A DNA stretch of 63,941 bases, filler included, from Deltaproteobacteria bacterium (GTDB taxonomy: Bacteria > JAUYMQ01): assembly GCA_030698575.1 (NCBI GenBank). It is 12 parts of 12 records of this genome, joined end to end, with 100 filler letters (N's around TTAATTAATTAA, not from the genome) between each part and the next. Parts side by side here need not be neighbours in the genome. Positions count along the whole stretch, not along the records: positions 4,115 to 14,810 come from JAUYMQ010000027.1; positions 14,911 to 19,044 come from JAUYMQ010000028.1; positions 19,145 to 22,325 come from JAUYMQ010000030.1; 9 more parts are not named here. The stretch is one strand, 5' to 3'. Positions 12,317-19,333 of the stretch are shown piece after piece. The position numbers and the translations under genes were made by a program. Below the pieces are notes generated by a model. That model saw only the letters and a list, made by a program, of their open reading frames with translations, ran no database searches and was not told the origin of the DNA. Position 1 is the first letter of the stretch. Each line of letters opens with the position of its first letter.

Positions 12317-13348
12317 TTAGTCCATGCAGACGCGGCGATACTTGGGAATGTCTTCCACAACCCTTCCGGTGCCCCGGACGACGGTGGTCAGGGGATCATC
12401 AGCCACCCGGACCTTGAGTGACGTCTCCTTGGCGATCCGCTCGTCGAGGCCGCGCAGCTGGGCGACCCCGCCCGCGAGGACGATGCCCGTCTTCAGCAGC
12501 TCCGCCGAGATCTCCGGCGAAAGCTTTTCGAGACATTTCAGGATGAACTTCGCGATCAGATCGACGGTCGGGCTCAGGGCTTCGCGGATCATGTCGTCGG
12601 AGACGGGGATCTGCTTGGGGACGCCGCTGATCAGGTCACGGCCCATCACGTCGGTCACCTTCCTCTCGCCGAGCGGCAGGGCGGAACCGATCTGGATCTT
12701 CGTGCGCTCGGCCTCATAGGGACCGATGTCGAGATTGAGATTTTTTCGCACGGCGTTGACGATGGCCTCGTTCAGCTCGTCGCCGGCGACGCCGACGGAC
12801 TCCGCGAATGCCGTGGCGTTGTAGGCGATCACGCCAACCTCGGTCGTCCCGCCGCCGATGTCGACAATCATGTGCGCGCCGGTCTCGTGAATGGGGATGT
12901 CGGCCCCGATGGCCGCCGCCATGGTCTCGCCGATGAGGTAGACGCGGCGCGCCCCTGCCTCCTGGCCGCTCTCGATAACCACGCGCTTCTCGACGTCAGT
13001 GATGTTCGACGGTACGCAGATGACCACGATCGGCCCGATGAGCCCGCCTCGCCGGGAGACCTTGCGGACGAAGGCGTTGATCATCTTGCTCGTTGCGTCG
13101 AAGTCGGCAACGACGCCGTCCTTGAGGGGCCGGATGGTGCGGACGTGCTGCGGGGTCTTGCCGTAGATCTCCTTGGCCGCTCGCCCGACGGCGACGACGT
13201 CGCCGTCCTGCCCCGAAAGCGCCACGATCGAGGGCTCGTTCAGGACGATCCCTCGACCCTTCATGTGGATGAGGGTGTTGGCCGTGCCGAGATCGATGGC
13301 GATGTCGCGGGGAATTATCGAGAACAAACCTTCGTCGGGCCGTTCCAT
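12317..13348 (-). CDS. mreB: MreB/Mbl actin-like protein (no adjacent mreCD)
   Basis: IDLGTANT, RPLKDGVVADF, VDIGGGTTE, GIVLAGG, ADDPLTTVVRG. Confidence 0.9.
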   Translation of the reverse strand: MERPDEGLFSIIPRDIAIDLGTANTLIHMKGRGIVLNEPSIVALSGQDGDVVAVGRAAKEIYGKTPQHVRTIRPLKDGVVADFDATSKMINAFVRKVSRRGGLIGPIVVICVPSNITDVEKRVVIESGQEAGARRVYLIGETMAAAIGADIPIHETGAHMIVDIGGGTTEVGVIAYNATAFAESVGVAGDELNEAIVNAVRKNLNLDIGPYEAERTKIQIGSALPLGERKVTDVMGRDLISGVPKQIPVSDDMIREALSPTVDLIAKFILKCLEKLSPEISAELLKTGIVLAGGVAQLRGLDERIAKETSLKVRVADDPLTTVVRGTGRVVEDIPKYRRVCMD

Positions 13349-13402
13349 GGGCGGGAGGCTAACACGCGTCGGAGACGGGCGGCAAGCGGCGGGCCGGGCC
13401 CA

Positions 13403-13915
13403 TCAGACGCTGGCCTGATCCTTGAAGATTCCCTCATATACCGCGTGTCCCTCGGTGCGCTCGAAGATGAACTGGCAGAGCCGGAGCCCCGCGCGGAGAG
13501 CGAGGGGCTCCCGCGAGGTGTTCGAGAGTTCGAGGACCTGGTGGTTGTCTATGCCCGGCTGGATGAAACCCGCCGTCACGTGAATCATGAGCCCGAGCCG
13601 GGCGAACCGGGACCGTCCCTCCAGCCAGCCGCAAATGTTCCCGGGAAGCCTGATGCGCTCCCGCGTCAGGCCGTGGATGGTTGCGCCGGGCTCGAGCACG
13701 AATTGACCGTCGATCGGCAGCCGTTCGGTTACCGCCTCGTAGTCAGGCTGGTCGTCCACCACGAAAGGCGCGCTCTCGCGCTTGAAGACCCGGATTTCGT
13801 CTCCCAGGTGAAGATCCACGGATCCGGGGCCGACCATGGCCTCATCGTAAGGATCGATCGCGATCCTTCCCTCCTGAATCTCGCGGATAATTTCGTCATG
13901 GGTGAGCACGCACAT
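13403..13915 (-). CDS. dcd: dCTP deaminase
   Basis: GPGSVDLHLG, EGRSRFARLGL, AGFIQPG, LELSN, CQFIF; ATG 13915 with AGGAGG RBS. Confidence 0.9.
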   Translation of the reverse strand: MCVLTHDEIIREIQEGRIAIDPYDEAMVGPGSVDLHLGDEIRVFKRESAPFVVDDQPDYEAVTERLPIDGQFVLEPGATIHGLTRERIRLPGNICGWLEGRSRFARLGLMIHVTAGFIQPGIDNHQVLELSNTSREPLALRAGLRLCQFIFERTEGHAVYEGIFKDQASV

Positions 13916-14007
13916 CGGCGCCTCCTGATTCACAAGGGCAAGCGTTCGTGTCGAGATCATCGGGTGCCGCAGGCCGCGGCTTGAGAGGATCCCGCGGGGC
14001 GTCCGGC

Positions 14008-14810
14008 TCAGCCCCCGCCTCCGGCTACCGGGGGCGGCGCGGCTACCGGGACGGGCTCCTGGTTCTGGTACTGGAGCTGGTAGAGCTTGTAATAGATTCC
14101 GCGCTCGGACAGCAGTTCCGCGTGCGTGCCTACCTCCCGCACCTTCCCCTTGTGAAGGACGATAATGCGGTCGACGTAGCGGATGGTGGAGAGCCGGTGC
14201 GCAATGACGACAGACGTCCGCCCGGACATGAGTTTGTGCACCGCGTCCTGGATGAGGATCTCGGTCTCGGTGTCCACGCTCGAGGTCGCCTCGTCGAGCA
14301 CCAGGATCGCCGGGTCGTAGGCCAGCGCCCGGGCGAAGGAGAGGAGCTGCCGCTGCCCGACGGAAAGGTTGCCCCCCCGCTCGCGAATCTGCTCGTGATA
14401 GCCGTTGGGAAGGCGCTCTACGAATCGATCCGCGTTCACGTGGCGCGCCGCCTCTCGCGCGCGCTCCGGGGAAATGTCCGGATTGCCGAGGCGGATGTTG
14501 TAGTCGATGTCGCCCGAGAAGGCGAAGACGTCCTGCAGCACGATGCCAATGTGGCGGCGGAGATCGTGGAGGCGCAGCCGGCGGATGTCGACGCCATCGA
14601 GGAAGATCTGCCCGGACTGCGGCTCGTAGAACCGCGCCAGCAGCTTGATGATGCTCGTCTTCCCCGCGCCCGTATGCCCGACCAGCGCGATCTTCTCCCC
14701 CGGCTTCACGATGAAAGAGACGTCGTGAAGGATGACGTCGCCCGGGTTGTAGGCGAACGTCACGTTGCGGAACTCGATCTCCCCGCGGACGCGATCGAGC
14801 CGGACGGGAT
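14008..14810 (-). CDS. ABC exporter (MsbA/MdlB-like) nucleotide-binding domain, 5' truncated
   Basis: GHTGAGKT Walker A, LSVGQRQ signature, [11 protein letters not shown] Walker B, IAHRLST. Confidence 0.93.
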
Positions 14811-14910
14811 NNNNNNNNNNNNNNNNNNNNNNNNNNNNNNNNNNNNNNNNNNNNTTAATTAATTAANNNNNNNNNNNNNNNNNNNNNNNNNNNNNNNNNN
14901 NNNNNNNNNN

Positions 14911-15039
14911 CCCGCAAACAAGCCGCCCGTTTCGACGTCGCTCGACCTGCGCCTCGAGCCCTCCCGGAACCTCTCGAAGGGCGACCACCCGGTGGGCTTT
15001 CATCCCGTGGTCTTTTTTGATAACGGTTTCAATGCGCAT
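14911..15039 (-). CDS. ISL3-family transposase N-terminus (partial; not in the ORF track)
   Basis: Manual translation MRIETVIKKDHGMKAHRVVALREVPGGLEAQVERRRNGRLVCG, running into the start of a zf-ISL3-like zinc ribbon. Confidence 0.65.
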
Positions 15040-15156
15040 CGGCTCCGGCTCGCCTATCCGCGAAACCCGCTAGGTCCGCGGTCGGGAGACTACTGGATCA
15101 CCGATGCGTTTTCATTTTCAGACGTTTAGACCACCCACACAGTTGGGAGAAGAGCC
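14911..15156 (-). mobile_element. Left end of an ISL3-family insertion sequence, truncated by contig end
   Basis: Minus-strand terminus GGCTCTTCTCCCAACTGTGTGGGT (15133-15156) resembles ISL3 terminal inverted repeats; followed by a transposase-like N-terminus; adjacent AT-rich 8-mer GATTTTCT is a candidate target duplication. Confidence 0.7.
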
Positions 15157-15366
15157 GATTTTCTGAAGCCCCGGAAAATCGCTGCGCCATTCCGGCCATG
15201 TTTTCAGCCGGCCCGTCGCGTGCGTGTGCGCCGCCACTCGCCAGCCCTGCTTCTGACGGGGGGTGAATGTGACACCCGTCTCTTTCTTGATTTCAGCAAA
15301 CACCGCGTTGGGCACCGCGGCGGCGAAAATCCGATCCCAGGACGGCCGGGGCTTCGCGCGCTTCAT
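15157..15366 (-). pseudogene. Island gene coupled to the integrase, interrupted by ISL3
   Basis: ATGA overlap with the integrase stop; the last 12 codons of ORF 15118-15366 lie inside the IS end. Confidence 0.5.
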
Positions 15367-16598
15367 CGGGCCAGCTCCACCACCTGGCCGCCCTCTTCGC
15401 CGGCGACGATCGCGGAGAGGCGGCGATCCCAGCGCAACAGCGCCCGGCGCTTCTCATCGTCCCGCGTGGCGCGGTCATAAATGGCCGTCGTGCTCTTCTG
15501 CGCGTGGTTCAGCACCGCCCCGATCGTCTCCCGCGTGATGCCCAGGCGCCCCATCTCGGTTGCCGCCGTGCGGCGCAGGTCGTGATAGCGAAAGGCGACT
15601 ACCTTGCGGAGCTGGGCCTCGTACTTCTGGAGATTCCTCAAGGGGAGATCCGCGCGGCCACCGGGTAGGACGAATGGACACTCGGGCGCCACCACGGCGC
15701 GCCGGCGGCGAAGCAGATCCAGTGCAATCGGCGCGAGGAAAACGCGATGAGACATCCCGTTTTTGCTTCGCTCAGCTGGGATCGTCCAGGCGCCCGCCTC
15801 GAGGTCGAGCTCGGCCCAGCGCATCCCGAGCACTTCACCGCGGCGCTGCGCCGTCGCGAGGGCGAGCTTGAACGCGGCGGCCACTTTCTCGGGGAGGGTA
15901 TCGAGCTCGCGCCACAAGGTGCGGAGTTCCGCCGGCGATAACACGCGGTCCCGCGGTGTCTCCTTCTTCACCGGCTTTTCGACACCGGCGCAGGGGTTCG
16001 CGTCCACCAGGTCGCGGCCGAGACCGAAGCTGAAAATCTTGCTGATCAAGGAGCGCGTCCGATTCGCCATGATGGGCGCGCCGCGGTCCTTGATCCTATC
16101 GAGCACCTGAATCACGTCCGCACGGCGAATCTCTCGCGCCTTGCGCCCGCCCCAGGCCGGGAGCAGATCTTTCGCGATGACGCGCCCGTCCTCTCCGCCC
16201 GTGCGCTTCTTCGAGGCGTGCCGCTCGATGTAGAGGTCGGAGAGGTCTTTGAAGCTCTCGGCTTGCCGGCGCGCGGCCTTCGAGACGCCGGGATCGATGC
16301 CGTTCGCCACGTCCGCCAGCCGCTTGCTCGCGAGATCCCGGGCTTCGCCTGGCGCCAGGGCGGGGTAGTGCCCCAGGGTGAGCCACCGCGGGCGCCCGTC
16401 AAAGCGATAGGTGACAACCCAGGTCCTGACGCCGTTGGCGGTTACTCGCAGGCCGAAGCGCGGGAACTTGGAATCCCAGTAGGCTATCCGGTCGCGATCG
16501 GGCACTTTGACCGAGGCCGCAAACTGAGCCGTGAGCGAGACCCTGCGAGGGCGTTTCCGGGACGGCTTGCTCTCTGGCATGTACGCCTCCTCTCTCAC
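15363..16598 (-). CDS. Tyrosine integrase, P4-like, with N-terminal arm-binding domain
   Basis: WDSKFPRFGLRV...LTLGHYPAL arm domain; catalytic R (AQRRGEV), K (RSKN), HDLRR, LNH, IYDR all present. Confidence 0.95.
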   Translation of the reverse strand: MREEAYMPESKPSRKRPRRVSLTAQFAASVKVPDRDRIAYWDSKFPRFGLRVTANGVRTWVVTYRFDGRPRWLTLGHYPALAPGEARDLASKRLADVANGIDPGVSKAARRQAESFKDLSDLYIERHASKKRTGGEDGRVIAKDLLPAWGGRKAREIRRADVIQVLDRIKDRGAPIMANRTRSLISKIFSFGLGRDLVDANPCAGVEKPVKKETPRDRVLSPAELRTLWRELDTLPEKVAAAFKLALATAQRRGEVLGMRWAELDLEAGAWTIPAERSKNGMSHRVFLAPIALDLLRRRRAVVAPECPFVLPGGRADLPLRNLQKYEAQLRKVVAFRYHDLRRTAATEMGRLGITRETIGAVLNHAQKSTTAIYDRATRDDEKRRALLRWDRRLSAIVAGEEGGQVVELAR

Positions 16599-16621
16599 AT
16601 CTGAACAGTCAGTTATTCTAC

Positions 16622-16640
16622 GGGCTAACGCGGGGCTAAC
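16622..16640 (+). repeat. Candidate integrase arm-type sites (8-bp direct repeat, 11-bp period)
   Basis: GGGCTAAC at 16622 and 16633, between the integrase start and att. Confidence 0.55.
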
Positions 16641-16771
16641 ACATAACTGAAATTTCAGGGTGTTTCAAGATAAAACGTGAAACGGCGGAAAGGGTGAAAT
16701 TGGCCAGCGCGGACGGGACGTTTCTTCGTTTTTTGCGCGTGGCGGCTGGGAAGGCTGAAAGGCCCGATATA

Positions 16772-16819
16772 TGACTCTTAATCAGTAGGTTCCTGGTTCG
16801 ATTCCAGGTGGGCTCACCA
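16772..16819 (+). repeat. att site: 48-bp exact duplicate of the 3' part of tRNA-Lys(CTT)
   Basis: TGACTCTTAATCAGTAGGTTCCTGGTTCGATTCCAGGTGGGCTCACCA is identical to the reverse complement of 23309-23356; the 5' part of the tRNA is absent. Confidence 0.95.
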
Positions 16820-16868
16820 ATTAAATCGGGTACTTAGCCGAAGAGCGGAAAACCGGGAGAAGGGCCGT

Positions 16869-16887
16869 ATAGACGGCGAATAGACGG
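16869..16887 (+). repeat. Second type of candidate arm sites (8-bp direct repeat, 11-bp period)
   Basis: ATAGACGG at 16869 and 16880, just downstream of att. Confidence 0.5.
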
Positions 16888-16951
16888 TCAGCGTGGGGCA
16901 TCCCCCAGCCGCCCCGCCCCGGGCCCCGGCAAGGCCCCAAAGGGAGAGACG

Positions 16952-17111
16952 GTGGGAAGGAAGCTCGGCTTCTCGTTCACTTTGGAAGCGCGCCCTGGGC
17001 GTCTCGGGCGCCAAGGGCAAGGTCTCGCGCAAGGCGGGCGTGCCCCTCAGCAAGCAGGGGCGCGAGCGCAAGGTGGGCCGGGCCCTTCTGAGGCTGCTCG
17101 GGTTCAAGTGA
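16952..17111 (+). pseudogene. Small basic FSWKRALG-type protein, frameshifted copy
   Basis: GTG start MGRKLGFSFT, then an extra T at ~16981 shifts into WKRALGVSGAKGKVSRKAGVPLSKQGRERKVGRALLRLLGFK; intact paralog at 23007-23162. Confidence 0.75.
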
Positions 17112-17248
17112 CGGCTCGAGCTGGCGGGCGCGAGGCGAACCCCCCACGGGCTTAGCGCAGTTCACCAGTGATGCGACCGAGAGGGAGCAGTGCTCCCGAG
17201 AGAAGCCAAATCGTGCGCTGAGAGTCTAGCGCCGTGCGAGGTGTCCTC

Positions 17249-18031
17249 ATGGCACTGGATATTTGAAGATCACTCCGGAAGTTCCTGCCGCACCTTCTGC
17301 AAGCCCGCCAAGACAACCTGAACGAGGCGGATACCGTCCAGCGGTTGATCAAGGTCTTCGAGGATGTTCTTGGCTACGACGCACTCTCGGAGATCAGCCG
17401 TGAGACGCAGGTCAAGGGCAAATACATAGACATCGCCCTCAAGATAGCCGGCGTTGTGAAGGTGATCGTGGAAGCCAAAGCGGCCGCCGTCACCCTGCGC
17501 GAACGTCACATTGAGCAAGCCGAGCAGTACGCTTCGAAAAACAATTTCGAGTGGGTCTTGCTCACAAACGGCGTCGTCTGGAATCTCTATCACCTCACGT
17601 TCGATGAGGGGATCGAGTCCGTTCTCGCTTTCTCTGCCGATCTGTCGAGTGACGAGAACTTCGACGGGTCCGCCAAGTGTCTGGGGATCCTTCACCGCCA
17701 GTCGATCAAGAAGGGCGAGCTGGATCAGTTCTGGGAGCAGAAGACCGCCCTCAGTCCGGCGTCGATCGGCCGCGCGCTGTTTCAGGAGGACGTCATCCGC
17801 GTGATCCGTCGGGAGATCCGGAGGGGGGAGGGCATTCTGGCGGACCCGGAGGATCTCGCGGAGGCGCTGCGGCGGATGCTCTCCTCGGAGGCTCGCGAGG
17901 CGATGGGACCGCTGAAGGTGAAAAAGAGGCGATCTAAGCGCCCGAGAACAACGCCAATCACACCCGCCGCAGAGGGATCGAACGAGGCATCGCCGCCAGG
18001 CCCGCCGGAGCCTGATGAAGAGGGCCAGTAA
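17249..18031 (+). pseudogene. Stand-alone type I restriction HsdR-N-like PD-(D/E)XK nuclease with a nonsense codon at position 6
   Basis: ATG GCA CTG GAT ATT TGA, where the paralog has CGA; the rest is open: NEADT, YIDIAL...VEAK, EQAEQY (QxxxY), LTNGVVW. Confidence 0.8.
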
Positions 18032-18485
18032 GGCTACCGCCAGCGCCGTTGCCCTCAGTTGCCGTTCCCCGGTCCTGCCACCCCCCGCGGCGCCGCCGGG
18101 ATCTTGTCCCGGTGCCGCCGGCGATCGGGGATGGCGACGTGGTGGTCGTTTCCGCGCGCGCGGGTGCGCTCGTGGGACGAGGCCGTGGTGATACTGCAAT
18201 CGGGAAAGACGCTCGTTTGGCGTGTCTTCTTCGCCAGCCGAATGCTCGAGCTCCGGGCCTATGCCAAGAACGCGGAAGAGTCGGGGCGTCGTCCTTCGGC
18301 TGTTCCACCTTGACACAGCCGAAACGATCCCGGCCGGGAAGAGTGCTGTACCCACGCGGTATAGCACTCAGCCGCCGCCGATGATCGTGTCGCGGAAGGA
18401 CGTGCGGCTCATGGCGCGGGTGATTTGGATTCAAAGGGCCAGATGATGAAACGAAGCGCGAGCTGAGATTGGAGAGGGGGGATCT

Positions 18486-18845
18486 ATGAAGTCGCTTCTG
18501 TGGCTATCCGTGGCGGCCTCACTAACAGTCATGCTCTTCGCCGCCGATCTAAGTGCAAGAGATGATCGACCGCAGCTCGTGGGCGTCGGCTGGGACAGGG
18601 GATGCAACGTGCTCGCGGCAATGATCGATTGCGCGAGTGGTGAGTACCTTATGCTCATTCGAGACAGTTGTGACGAGATACAAGATGGGACGAGTAGGGT
18701 GATCGCAACCGGCCTCTGCGAACGCAAGAGAGCCTCTGTAGACATCGACCCGCTCCAAGCACCGGCCGGTACGCGCCTGTTCGTCAAATCTTCCCAGAGA
18801 GGCTGTTCCGACATCGGCTTCACCGTACCAGAATGCAGGCGCTAG
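18486..18845 (+). CDS. Small secreted cysteine-containing hypothetical protein
   Basis: Signal peptide MKSLLWLSVAASLTVMLFAADLSA, 6 Cys, GGAGAGG RBS, lower GC than the core genes. Confidence 0.6.
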   Translation: MKSLLWLSVAASLTVMLFAADLSARDDRPQLVGVGWDRGCNVLAAMIDCASGEYLMLIRDSCDEIQDGTSRVIATGLCERKRASVDIDPLQAPAGTRLFVKSSQRGCSDIGFTVPECRR

Positions 18846-18887
18846 GATTGGCGCCCTTGTCCCCCGCTTCGCCCAAGGAACTAAAGC

Positions 18888-19025
18888 ATGCCCCGCACCA
18901 AGGCCGGCATCTTCAAGCGCCCCGCCTCTCCCAACTGGTACGTGAAGGTCAAGGACGCCCGCGGCCGCTGGATCATGCGGTCCACCCGGATGCTCACGGG
19001 CACCTGCTCGCGCACGAGACAATGA
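18888..19025 (+). pseudogene. Probable integrase N-terminal remnant
   Basis: Manual translation MPRTKAGIFKRPASPNWYVKVKDARGRWIMRSTR resembles integrase arm-binding N-termini, then stops after 45 aa. Confidence 0.5.
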
Positions 19026-19144
19026 ATGGGGGTCTTCCTTGTGTNNNNNNNNNNNNNNNNNNNNNNNNNNNNNNNNNNNNNNNNNNNNTTAATTAATTAA
19101 NNNNNNNNNNNNNNNNNNNNNNNNNNNNNNNNNNNNNNNNNNNN

Positions 19145-19327
19145 GGCAAGGAACGCGAGCAGGGCGATTGTCCCACCGCCGACGAAAGCGAAGTCTTCAG
19201 CCCATGCGGCGACGACGAGTCCGGCGAGCAGCAACGGAGGGCCTGGGAGCCCGGGCAACACGAAGCCGGCCAGGCCCAGGAGGACCAGAACGAGTGAAAG
19301 GAGCCAGAGCAGGAGCTCGGTTTCCAT
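19145..19327 (-). CDS. DUF456-family membrane protein, 3' truncated
   Basis: LVLLGLAGFVLPGLPGPPLLLAG...AWAEDF. Confidence 0.75.
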
Positions 19328-19333
19328 CGACCC

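Noticed and set aside
16772-16819. A second complete tRNA-Lys
   Set aside because: The 5' acceptor strand and D-arm are absent; it is an att duplicate
17264-17266. TGA as selenocysteine or an alternative genetic code
   Set aside because: It aligns with Arg (CGA) in the paralog, not Cys or Trp, and TGA is a normal stop in many other genes here
18032-18480. Small ORFs after the nuclease as a third module gene
   Set aside because: Several overlapping frames, none with clear RBS or motif support, and the other module copy is truncated before this point, so conservation cannot be tested
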